Assembly: GCA_030390025.1 (NCBI GenBank)
Contig: CM059425.1
Coordinates: forward strand, 171,618,001 to 171,682,000
Direction: 5' to 3'
Origin: Squalus acanthias
Taxonomy: Eukaryota
Length of the DNA: 64,000 bases
This document shows positions 12,578 to 24,684 of this stretch, piece by piece. Below the pieces are notes generated by a model. That model was not told the origin of the DNA. It searched no databases and worked only from the letters and a program-made list of their open reading frames with translations. Positions within the stretch are counted from its first letter, which is position 1. Every line of letters begins with the position of its first letter. The position numbers and the translations under genes were made by a program.

Positions 12578-13699
12578 TTAATATTTTAGTCACCAAGAGA
12601 GTACCCTTTCTTACTGCAGATAGCAGAAAGAGTACTGTTTAATACTTTAGATAATGGAGCAGCACCATGTAATACTTAGATAACATTACAATACTGTTCC
12701 ATACTGTTCTTAATATAGAAATACTATTTCATACCCCATTTATATTGATATGATGTGGCTGTGCTCCGAATTTGACTTGCATACTGTACACTCATTCAAA
12801 CATTAGGTGTAGAAGGGCCGAGGGGAAGCACTGCGAACATCGCAGCCAGAATAAAATGGTTTGCGAACGCTACAATTCGCATTTGGCATCACTAGCACTT
12901 TGCCTCCAGAGGCATATAAACCTCCACGCATAACTGTAATATAAATGGGATCTAAATAAACAAGGCACTTCAAACGAAGTGTGTGCTTTTAACATTTAAC
13001 TTTGAATAAATGAAACTGCTTAAATAATTCCTAACATACAGATTCCAGACTGACTTTACAAAATTGCTGTACTTACCATTACAAATAGATTCTCCCCATT
13101 AATACAGATGGCTCGAAGCATTTGTTTAAACAACAGCAGACAAGAGGGTTATGGGTTTGCAAAAATTATAACTAAATTTCATGCTAATGAAAACAAATGA
13201 ACATGAACTGTACAAAAAACTTCAGAATTTATAACAATCAGGCTTTCTTTGAATTGCAAGCACAGGCTTTTCACCCTTTCATCAAATTACTTCAAAACAT
13301 GATTTGGGAGAAAATTTACTTACTATACATCATTTTGTACTGTAGAACTGACTGACACCAGCCTCAAGCTTGTATAATCTACTGTAAATAGACCACAACA
13401 TTAATGAGAGGGACACAATCTTGTATGCACTTCCAAGGCACCTAATAAGTTAACGTTCCACACATGTGCAAGCTGTCCGTGACACTTTGGTCAGCATACA
13501 TGCACGGAGTATTAGCATCATGACATTGCATCATGATGTCACTAAAGAGATTATGGAAATGTTAGCTCGTTAGGTCACTGTGTAACATCATGACATAACC
13601 AAAATATGCTACTACTGTCTTTTCAGCATTGCTTCTATTCGTCCAAGTACGGCTGGCAACAGCCAGGGAGACCCATTGAAAATGGATCTTCCTTGTCGC

Positions 13700-13930
13700 T
13701 GGTGTAAAATGTGGCCATCAGCTGCTACAGGAGCTGGTGGCTAAAGAATATAACAGCAGCTCAAGCTAGCACAACAGAGCCTGATCCTATGCTCCCCTAA
13801 CATCCACATGTGTACTTTCCAGCAAGAATCACTGGATAGCAATCAAGAGCAGGATACCCAGCTGATCGTTCCTTCAGCTTGCCCAGGAGCACTGAAGCCA
13901 ATTCCAGTGGCCCAACTTCTGCTGCTGTCT
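13700..13930 (-). mobile_element. Old SINE family B fragment (related copies at ~16110-16445 +, 22840-23030 +, 27960-28350 -, 53380-53540 -, 54705-55075 +)
   Basis: Shared degenerate core (tggcctcag..ccctgggc..ggagg..atcagcc.ggg.tcctgctcctgat) recognisable between copies. Confidence 0.55.
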
Positions 13931-14527
13931 GTTTACCAAGTGAATTATACAAGCAGTTATAAAATCAGTCTGTAGTCAGCTCTTTGGGGACAAACCTCAG
14001 GAGATTTCAAGAGACAATCATGCAAGAACTCAATATTTTGTGGTCAGTCAATTTAGCTTTCTACAGATTAGCTGAGTAGGAGCTAGCATTAGGTGGCGAT
14101 GAAAACATGTTTCAGTACATCAGCATGTAATACATTATTGCTTTATTTACATATTGCAGACAACTGAATTTAAAGGTGCTGCTTCTCAATACAATTAAAG
14201 CATTTTCAGTTTGAAAATACATCAGACTGTGACTGTGGGTAATCTTTATATTTTAATAAACAATGAAGACTGCTTTAATCAATCTTTCAGACTAGGAAGT
14301 CGAACTGAAGATGACCCGAGCTAGCAGTGCTGGCTCAAGATGCCTTGATCTTTACAACTCAAAAGAAAACTTACCAGGATTTGCCAAGACTAGTGACAGG
14401 AAGACCCACTTTGACCAGCAGCCAGAACCACAAATGTGGCTTTTAGCACTATATTAAATAAACTTTAGATGGTTCAGTATTTATAGTTAAAAAATAAAAA
14501 CGATAAGACACTTCCAAAAATACCACG

Positions 14528-15640
14528 TTTTTTATTCATTCCTGGGACATGGGTGTCGTTGGCAAGGCCAGCATTTATCGCCCATCTCTAATTGCCCTTG
14601 AGAAGGTGGTGGTGAGCCACCTTCTTGAACTGCTGCAGTCCATGTGGTGAAGGTACTCCCACAGTGCTGTTAGGGAGGGAGTTCAGGATTTTGACCCAGC
14701 GATGACGAAGGAACGGCGATATATTTCCAAGTCAGGATGGTGCGGAACTTGGAGGGGAACTTGCACGTGATGGTGTTCCCATGCGCCTGCTGCCGTTGTC
14801 CTTCTAGGTGGAAGAGGTCGCAGGTTTGGGAGGCGCTGTCGAAGAAGCCTTAGCAAGTTGCTTCAGCGCATCTTGTAGATGGTACACACTGCAGCCACGG
14901 TGCACCGGTGGTGGAGGGAGTGAGTGTTTAAGGTGGTGGATGGGGTGCCCATCAAGCGGGCTGCTTTGTCCTGGGTGGTGTTGAGCTTCCCGAGTGTTGT
15001 CGGAGCTTCACTCATCCAGGCAACAGGAGAGCATTCCATCACACCCCTGACTTGTGCCTTGTAGATGGTGGAAAGGCTTTGGAGAGTTAGGAGGTGAGGC
15101 ACTTGCTGCAGAATACCCAGCCTCTGACCTGCTCTTGTTGCCACAGTATTGATGTGGCTGATCCAGTTAAGCTTCTGGTCAATGGTGAGCCCCATGATGT
15201 TGATGGTGGGGGATTCGGCGATGGTAATGCCTTTGAATGTCAAGGGGCGGTGGTTATACTCACTCTTATTGACGATAGTCATTGCCTGGCACTTGTGTGG
15301 CGCGAATGTTACTTGCCACTTATCAGCCCAAGCCTGAATGTCGTCCAGGTCTTGCTGCATGCGGGCATGGACTGCTTTGATGAGTTGCGACTGGAATTGA
15401 ACACTGTGCAATCATCAGCGAACATCCCCACTTCTGACCTTATGATGGAGGAAACGTCATTGATGAAGCAGCTGAAGATGGTTGGGCCTAGGACACTGCC
15501 CTGAGGAACTCCTGCTGCGATGCCCTGGGGCTGAAATGATTGACCTCCAACAACCACAACCATCTTCCTTTGTGCTAGGTATGACTCCAGCCAGTGGAGA
15601 GTTTTCCCCGATTCCCATTAACATCAATTTTACTCGGGCT
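14528..15640 (-). mobile_element. 5'-truncated copy of the tRNA-headed EN-RT LINE family
   Basis: GVPQGSVLGPTIFSCFIND, GMFADD; same 3' end as the copies at 38826 and 48131. Confidence 0.9.
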
Positions 15641-16974
15641 ACTTCTTGCTAGTAGCAATTTTAACTACCAGGACATGTCTGTGATGACTACGTCCAAACT
15701 GCAATGCAATAAAATTGAGCAACTGAGCAACCTTCAATTCCATTCTGCTGTGAATACCATGACTGATCATGTTTCCTGACTTTGTGTTATCCCCAGAATA
15801 TACTAATGGTATGAATTTCTGTTACTGACCTTGTTATTTAATCCCCTCAGTCTTTGTTGTAATTGCTATTTTATTTATCCAGTACTTTTATGAATATTAT
15901 GTATTTTTATTGGTTTTCTTATACCATGCTAAGATTTTTTTTTAAATACAGTATGATATTTAAATATACAGAGTGCATCCTTGGTAAAGCTCATTTTTTT
16001 CCTCACTGTTACACTTATGAATTGTAATGTAAGATGTCTTCAGTGAATACCATAAACCATAAAAAGTCTCCCCCAATTGCTTTGTTGCCAAATTTACTGA
16101 CCAGTCTGAAATTGAGTCATACAGACCAGGAGGGACACAGATTTGATTCACACTCCATATTGACCAAACGGATCTCAACCAGAATGACTGCAGGAGTTTT
16201 ACCATTGACTTCAGTACCTCTCGGCGAGGGCAAAAAAAAATCAGCCTGGATTCCTGTTTCTGGTGGAAAGCAGGGCTCAATGACAAAGATCTCCCCAGAT
16301 ATAATGCATTCATCATTCAAGTAGTCTGCGATCAATGTTAAGGCTGACACAGTAATAACGGTGAGTTGGGCTAAGTATCAGAAGTCCCCAGCACCCACGG
16401 AATCATAACACAGCAAGAAGTCAATGCCTTCAAGGGAGAAAATTAAAGGGTAAAAAAAATCACAGGATATATAAGTGATAAAACAACACATACAAGTTAA
16501 TAACAACACTCACATCGTGTCTTTAACATAGCAAAATGTCCATTTTTTTGATTATGTCTCTGTGAAGCGCTTTGGGATGTTTCACAGGGGAGACAGACAT
16601 CGAGGAGGAGTTGTGAGAGATAAGAAAGGTGACTGAAAATATTGGCGTTTTTCAAGGTACTTTTGTCTTGATGAAGTGCTGTCAATGGCACATGAATGGC
16701 TCTATCACCGTCAACACCTCTTTCAAGTGTAAAGGAGATGGGCTCCAGGGATCTCACAGCATCATAGACCGAGGTTTTTATAGATCTTTCAATCTGCCAA
16801 CAGATCAGGATTCTGCAACTCTGGCCCGCTAAATGAAAAGAACTGACTGTGTGGTTGGAAAGTCCTGCACAGCGCGCTAACCCTCCGTGCATAAATTCCT
16901 CGGACGCTCTCCCAGTGTGCAAAGCTTCATGTTGGGGGAGTAGCAGTGTTCTGTTTCACCTCAAGCTCTGACTA

Positions 16975-17620
16975 CATATCCTCTCCATCATCAAGACTGC
17001 CTATTTCCACCTCTTTCTGTAACATCACCTGCCTTCACACCTACCTCAGCCCATCTGCCACTGAAACGCTCATCCATGCCTTTGTCACCTTCAGTCTCAA
17101 CTATTCCAATGTTCCCCTGGCTGGCCTCCCATCTTCCACCCTCCATAAACTTGAACTCATCCAAAACTCTGCTGCCCGTATCCTAACTCGCACCAAGTTC
17201 TGCTCGTCCATCACCCCTATGCTTGCTGACCTACATTCGCTCCCAATGCCCCAACATATGCAAGTTAAAATTCTCATCCTCAAATTTGTTCGTGGCCTCG
17301 CCCCTCCTTATCTCTATAAAATCCTCCAGCTCTACAACTCTCGCAAAATTTTCCTTCCTCTTAATCTGGCCTCTTGTGCATAAGCCCTCCCTTCAACCCA
17401 CCAATGACAACCATGCTTAGGCTCCATGTTCTAAAATTTCCTCCTTAAACCCCTCCACTCCTTTAAGACCAGCCTTAAAACCCACCTCTTTAATCAAGCT
17501 TTTGGTCACCCCTCCTAATATCTCCTCCTTTGGCTCAATGTCTATTTGTTTTGATCATGCCTGTAAATCACTTTGGGATGTTTTTCTATTTTAAGTGTGC
17601 AGTATAAATGAAAGCTGTTA
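16975..17620 (+). mobile_element. L2 LINE 3' fragment
   Basis: ATETLIHAFVTFSLNYSN..LAGLP..LHKLELIQNSAARILT..ITPMLADLH, the characteristic L2 ORF2 C-terminus. Confidence 0.85.
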
Positions 17621-18673
17621 TTCTCCCCTAACGTGTTAACATAAAATGAAATAGAATTAGGAAGGTGCATTTTTATGTATGGGATACTTTAAACAACATA
17701 TCTGAGCCGAAAATTATTCATTTCTTTACTGTGATATATTTTTTTAATAACTGAATGATATTGGTGCGCAACATTATGCAACGATTCCCTGACCCATCTA
17801 AACTTGCAATGAGTAGGCCTACAAAGGACATCGGCAAATCATAACATAAACTGGAGAGAGCAGTACACAGAGGTCATGGGTAAAAATGGCTTCAAATTGT
17901 TCTATACATTGGGGATGTAAACCCATTCAGGGTGAGGGCAGAAGAGGAAGAGCAGTCTTTGGACCTAGCTGATATTAATTTAACATATTAAGAGAATCCT
18001 ACACCCTGTAACGACCTAAATCAGCTGGTAGTTGTGGATCTTAGCTCTAGTTTAGTATTTCCTATCAGGCAGATGGCATCAAAAATCCAGCCATCTGATT
18101 AGATGCTTAGAATCTACAAGAAAGTTCTCCAATCTTTTTGGTTGTAAACAAAATCAAGTTTCACTCTGAGAATCACTTGATTTCTTTGCCCCCAATCCAA
18201 AATTAGATTTTTTTTTTAGAAATATACACATTGCTTTCAAGTTGAAAACCTTTGCTATACGTGACGAGATTCAACAGTTTCAAAAGCACCACAGAATCAT
18301 AGAATGGTTACAGCACAGAAGGAAGTCATTCGACCCGTCGAGCCCGTGCCGGCTCTCTGTAAGAGCACGTCAGCTAGTCCCACTCCCCCACCCTTTCCCT
18401 GTAGACCTACAAATGTTTTTCCTTCAGGTACTTATCCAATTCCCATCTGAAAGCCACGATTGAGTCTGCCTCTACCACCCTTTCAGGCAGATCCTAACCA
18501 CTCGCTGCTTAAAAATGTTTTTCCTCATGTCGCCTTTGGTTCTTTTGCCAATCACCTCAAATCTGTGTCCTCTGGTTCGCGACCCTTCTGCCAATGGGAA
18601 CAGTTTCTCTCTATCTACTCTGTCTAGACCCCTCATGATTTTGAACACGTCTATCAAATCTCCTCTCAACCTT

Positions 18674-19351
18674 AATAACAACAGAAAACGCTGGAAAAAC
18701 TCAGCAGGCCAGGCAGCATCCATGGAGAGAGAAACAGAGTTAACGTTTCAGGTCGAAGACCTTTCATCAGAACTGGAAAAAAGCAGGAAATGAAATAGAT
18801 TGAAAGCAAGTATAAAGCTGGGAAAAGGGGGAGGGGATGAAAGAACAAAGGGGAAGGTCAGTGGTGGGATAGAAAGCAGGAGAGATTAAGAGACATTGAG
18901 AGACATTAAGAGATAATCAAGGCAAGAGGAGGTGTTAATGTGACAGGTTGAGGCTAGATGAAGTGTGAGATGCGCTGGCAGAATGAAGGACAGCTGCCAG
19001 CTTCTGGAGGGAAAAGAAAGGCCAAACAAAAGGGTGGATGAAAAAATAAAATTAAAAAAATATAAATGTGATCGGGGTCGAGGTTATGATCTGAAATTGT
19101 TGAACTCGATGTTGAGTCCAGAGGTCTGTAGCGTGCCTAAACGAAAGATGAGGTGCTGTTCCTCGAGCTTACGCTGAGCTTCCGTGGAACAACGCAAGAG
19201 GCCGAGGACGGTGAGGTCAGAGTGGGAGTGGAGCGGCCACCGGGAGCTCGGGGTCCCCCTTACGGACTGAACGGAGGTGTTCCGCAAAGCGGTCACCCAA
19301 TCTGCGTTTGGTCTCCCCAATGTAGAGGAGACCACATCGTGAGCAGCGAAT
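18674..19351 (-). mobile_element. Penelope-like retroelement 3' fragment (GIY-YIG C-terminus plus pseudo-LTR)
   Basis: LTVLGLLRCSTEAQRKLEEQHLIFRLGTLQTSGLNIEF (Penelope endonuclease end); 5-bp duplication acctt at 18669-18673 and 19352-19356. Confidence 0.88.
18738..18774 (-). ncRNA. Minimal type I hammerhead ribozyme motif (Penelope-associated)
   Basis: aguu CUGAUGA a agguc-uuc-gaccu GAA acgu u aacu: conserved core, 5-bp stem II, palindromic ACGU in place of stem III, 4-bp stem I. Confidence 0.7.
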
Positions 19352-21615
19352 ACCTTCTCTGTTCTAAGGAGAACAACCCCAGCTTCTCTAGTCTATCCAC
19401 GTAACTGAAGTCCCTCATCCCTGGAATCATTCTCGTAAATCTTTTCTGCATCCTCTCTAAGGCCTTCATATCCTTACTAAAGTGCGGTGCCCAGAATTAG
19501 ACACAATACTCCAGTTGAGGCCGAACCAGTGTTTTATAAAGGTTCATCATAACTTCCTTAAGTGCTTTTTGCTCTCATCGCACCATCAAACCTTTTGCTT
19601 TATACCTGTAATACCCACAGTGGTGTCTGATTTTCTGGTTTGCAGCTCATTCCAATTTGCTGTCACTCTGATAGGGATTTTCTTCTCTGCCTCTGCTTCT
19701 CTTGGCTACTGTTGTTTTATTATTTTCTACTTCTCCTGCTTACTGCTTTCACTCCGCCTCCTTTTCTCACCTCAATTTTACTCTTTACTTCCCTTTCCAT
19801 CTCCCTTCTGTATTTCTGTTACTTAATTGCTGTCAGTCCCACCAGAAAATTCAAACAAATTATAAGTGCTTGAACATGACTACCAACATTACTCACGATT
19901 CTCAAAGAATCTCCGCACCATTTTATTGATTGGGTGGATCAAACCTGTAGAAATAGCTGTGTGTGGGAAATTCCTCATAAAATGAAGCAAGAAAGTAGGT
20001 TGTTCTGGATGGATGAATTAAGATGGACCAAATGGCCTTTCTCATCCTTAAGTATCTTGGAATTGGTGTTTGCCTCAAATTTCTTGGCAATAGTAAGGAT
20101 TTCTGTAGCTATGGGAGCACTGTATTTGCAAGGTCAACTTCAGTGCAGGCTACAAATTAATTCTGCCGCACAAATGCAGACAACTGTTTTATGAAAATAG
20201 GTCTATGTAACAAGGAAACTAGCTTCTGTAGACTGAACGGTTCCTTACTGGAACAGTTAGATTACCACAGTAAAGCAAACAGCATTGAAAAGAATATTGT
20301 GCCCTGTTTGTACTGGTGTTGCTGAAAATTAACATTTGAGGTGAATTTGCAGTACAACTGCAGTAACTGGTCAAGTCGAAACAATGGGAAGTTATTTACT
20401 CTGATTGGATTTAAGATAGACAGAACACACGCGAACACAGCTCCTTCCCCACTCTGTCCCCTCAGTTTTTTGGAGCTCTGCAGTAGAAGATTTGCATTAA
20501 AGTAGTATAAGTGATTGATCTAAATCAAAAGTCAGCACATGGATTGGGTAGACAATTTAATACATCCTGCACAGTCCTCGTTATAAACCACCAAGGACTG
20601 TATTCAGCTCGTGTCATCCACACCCAAATGTGATCTTTGTGCAATTGAAAGTACAAATGAGGCTTCAGGTAACTGTTAATCAATAGCATGTCTCTTCCAT
20701 AAATGTATACAACGAACATATTGTTGCCAGTGACAAATCATCTTGTGAAGGAACATAAATTAATTAGCCCATGTGACCAGCTGTATGCAGCAACAATAAT
20801 TCATTTTCTTCTGGACACCTCATCATTGCAAAGCTTGTCTGAAGGCACTTTTACATTGATTGAGTTCACTCCCACTGTCCATCCGACTCTGCTATAAAGC
20901 AGGTAGAATCCAGAGAGCAGAGGTCAGAACCATAGGAAGCAAGTGTCTCTCTCTATTGGTTCTTCAATGGGGAAACCAGGGGCACAAAGGAGCAGTAAAA
21001 AGTGGGAAGCAACATTTGGAGGATGCAGGCCTCTGCTTGACCACCATTCTCCCAGAGCTTAATGAGCAAACTATAAGTGCCTTGAGCTCCATCACTTTAC
21101 TACAAGAACTGCAGCAAGCTCTCTCCAGAACTCCAACAGCATCTTAATTATGATATTTCTCAGGGGTGGGGAGGAGGTGGAGGGTTGTCATGTCATCATT
21201 TTCTGTAACCAAGTATTTTATTGCAGGTCTATGCTGGGTTCAAACTGAGCTCTTAAAGCTGTCTGGAAGCAGAATGGAAACAATTCAGGTCTAGTCTGGC
21301 AGTGTACAGAATGTCTTTGAAGTAGGGTGACCCACAGTCAGCAGGGTTCACTGGCTGCAGAGTCTCAGGCACATTCTCTCCTGGCAAGTGAGCTACAGCA
21401 GGAAGTGCCAGCAGGAGAGCTGATGTTGTTCAATTGCTCTAATAGATGTGAAAAGTGCTCTGAAGTGTTCAGAGTGTTACAGCTGACTCAGGATAAGCAA
21501 CGATAATGAATTCCATGCGGAAGGAGGATGAAACATTACATTTCCTACAGTCATCACTCACATTAATTATCTCCCAAAACTACACAGCATCGCCCAATGT
21601 ACACCCATTGAAGAA

Positions 21616-21912
21616 GTCCAAAAATGTGCGGGTTAGGTTGATTTGGCTATGATAAATTGACCCTTAGTGTTAGGGGGGGATTAAATATGTGGGGTTACGG
21701 GGATAGGATGGGATATGTTAGGGGGAATTAAATACGTGGGGTTACGGGGATAGGGTGGGATATGTGTCGGTGCAGGCTCGATGGGGATTCTGTGTGAGAA
21801 AGCAGGGACAGGGTACTGGATTTGGATGATCAGCCATGATCGTATTGAATGGTGGAGCAGGCTCGACGGGCCGAATGGCCTACTCCTGCTCCTAGTTTCT
21901 ATATGTTTCTAT
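21616..21912 (+). mobile_element. HE1-type SINE, 5'-truncated
   Basis: Reverse complement of part of 43453-43870; CR1/HER1-type tail (gggccgaatggcctactcctgctcct). Confidence 0.8.
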
Positions 21913-23613
21913 ATTACAGATTAGAGTGTGCAGTCATTCTGTGTGACGGACTTAAAGTTAAAAGCATTTGGGGAGGAACAGAAAAGCTGGGTGCTGACCG
22001 CTATTAGGACGTGAAGATGTTTAAAAAAACTCATGGCGGCTGATGATTTCTGGCAGGGGCAGCACTGGGAGCCAGAAATGTGGGAACACATCAGCAGACA
22101 ATGCCACCTACTCCATTTAGGATCACTTGGCTTCCTTTGTAACTTACTTATACACCGTTTAAACAGGATTGGCCACAGGTAACAGGAGCTGCTTTCGTAT
22201 CCAGCAGGTTTACACCAGGATTGGTGTGTGCTGCATGAGACTCGCCTTTAGGGAACTGGCAGCATAACACCCCACTGACACCAATATAAAAGCACTCTAT
22301 TTTCCTGGCACCAATGTCTCCTGCTTGCCCTTAAAAATCATTCCTGTTGATAACAGCTTCACAGTGACTGATACTTGCAGTGAATGGTCAATAATCACAC
22401 CCAAAGTGAGGCAGTGGCCATTAGTGTGGGCGGCAGAGTTTGTGTGAAGGGTGAAATTGAATGAGGATATGACAAAGCAGTCAGAGAAGAGTGGGCTAAG
22501 GGAGTTTAGGTATAGATTGAAGTCACTGAGGATGATTTATCACATAATATAGAGTCTGAGGGAGGAGATCTTGATGAGGAAATTGGCATGGGGTTTGGAA
22601 TGACTATACAACGATTTTAAGAGAGAAGCAGGAAAGATGAAATGCAGTGAGGTGCTTAAACGAGGCTAACATGCAAGAAAAGCAGGAAGAAGGCCAAGAC
22701 AGGATTTAGTGATAAGAGGTGTGCCACCCTGGTTTGAGAAAGGCAAGTCATGAAATCTACAGCCAGGCAAGGAAGATTCAGTTTTTATGACCAAAAAGAA
22801 CCAAACAAATCAGTTCAAATACTTTCAAAAATAAAAGTCAGTCAAGGTTCCTACTCCTGCTGGAATTACATGCATGCGGGTGAGAAGAGGATCAGCCCAG
22901 CCATGAAGCTTGGTGACATTCATGGTTCAGTCTCATGTACGAAGAATGCCAATTAGGCAAGTGGCCGGTGCCTGTGAAACGTGTGCCAGCTTCAGGAGGA
23001 GGGAGGGTGAAAGTGGCAGAGGAAATTGTCACGAAGGAATAAAATAATACGATAAAACTCTTTTCAGTGCAACTCTAAATGAACTGGCAAAAAAAAAGAC
23101 CATGTCCATGAACTAATTTTTCCATTAGATACGTGACCGTTTGATCGCATCACACAGGTGACATCACATTTCCTTGTAAGAATGAATACTGAAGTGCTGA
23201 AAGGAAGTTTAACTTTCGAGTCTAGCTTTAGGCAGGGATAAGGGAACAGGGAAACAGTTGCTCTTCAAAATTGTATGAGCAGATTTCTGTCATTGCCTCA
23301 ATGTTCAACATGAGGGACCATCTGTTTCACAGTCACTCATCCAAAGAATTAATGGAACTCAATATAGATTTTCACTTGTAGAATCAAGTTCTTCAAAAAA
23401 TCAATTAAAAACAAGAATCAGGATAGGATGGTGGCATCCCAGGATGGAGCATAATTTAAAAAGGAAAATTAATTTAAATCTACAGAAGAAAAATTGGAAA
23501 AATTAAGAAAGAACTGGGACTGGACCAATACAATTGGAAACACCCAGAAAACAAAGCACTGGTGATTACTCAAACACATCATCTGGAAGTTACACTGGCT
23601 TTGCAAAGCTAAT

Positions 23614-24261
23614 GGGCCGAATTTTGCGGCATACGAAGCACATGCACTAAAACCCGGCACGCATCCCCAGGAAAAGTGCCTCTGCGGGTGGAGAGTTGCG
23701 CTTTTTGCACAACATCCACCCGCTGAAAGGCCATAGAATTCTTACGCCTGGTAAAAGCAGGTCTGCTTTTACAAGCATAAGAGTTTAAAATAACATAAAA
23801 ATCATTTTTTTCAATCATTTAAACATTAAAAAACCTGTGCAATAAGGTAAGGTTATTTTTAGCCCCTTTAAAACATTAAAATGTATTTTTCAAAAAATTA
23901 AATTTTTGTTTAAAATATTTAATTAAATGGCATTTTAATTAATTTTATATATGTAATGGTTTTTATTTATTTATTTCAGGGTGTTGGTACATTTTTGCAG
24001 TCATCCCCATTCATACTTTTGACAGTTCCGTATGCACAGAACTGTCAAAAGTATGAAAGGGGATTCCCTTCTTCCATTGGTTCGCCTGGCCCACGTGATC
24101 CCAGGGGCGCCCCTGGGATACGTGGGCCTCTGCACATTTTGAAGAGGAGGGGCCCAGAATCATAAGCCTCGGTATCTACGAAATCAGCAGGTAAGTTCGT
24201 AGATTTTTTTCCGATCGGAGGCATCCGGCCGCAGGAAGCCTCCGATTGGAAATTCAGGGCC
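23614..24261. mobile_element. Family A MITE
   Basis: aat|gggccgaatttt...aaattcagggcc|aat; 3-bp duplication AAT. Confidence 0.75.
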
Positions 24262-24684
24262 AATAGAAGAGGTGATGCTCGATTACAGTATGTCGGACAG
24301 CAACATTTAAACTGCACATACATCCTCACAAGTCTACTACACAAACCCAAACACAACTGACCAACTACCTTGGCTGATTTACAAGCGGGTGCGGTCAAAT
24401 AATAATTTTTTGCAATGAAGTTTTAAAACTTAGAGGGATAACAATATGCATAAGTGACATCGGTAAAATATATGTGATTTAGTGCCAATATTATTCCATT
24501 GCGAGATGAGAACATTTTTACTTGCAGTACTTTTCCTGTAAGATTGAATTATTGACCTACTCTAAACTCAGTGCTGTCAGGTGTGCTCTTTTTGAAAGAG
24601 GACTCCAAGCATCTAGGCTATCCCATTATGCACCACAACACTAGCATATCATTTATATATAAAAACAGATTTTATTTATAAAAT

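Larger units (their letters stand above)
18292..19560 (-). mobile_element. CR1 3' fragment interrupted by a Penelope insertion
   Basis: RLRGDLIDVFKIMRGLDRVDREKLFPL; the host resumes at 19352. Confidence 0.85.

Noticed and set aside
10630..12740. CRISPR-like array suggested by regularly spaced ~30-nt motifs
   Set aside because: The units are degenerate tandem repeats without unique spacers, there are no cas genes, and the context is vertebrate.
14340..14450. Exon suggested by a strong minus-strand donor CTG|GTAAGT near 14375
   Set aside because: No convincing acceptor or recognisable protein similarity.
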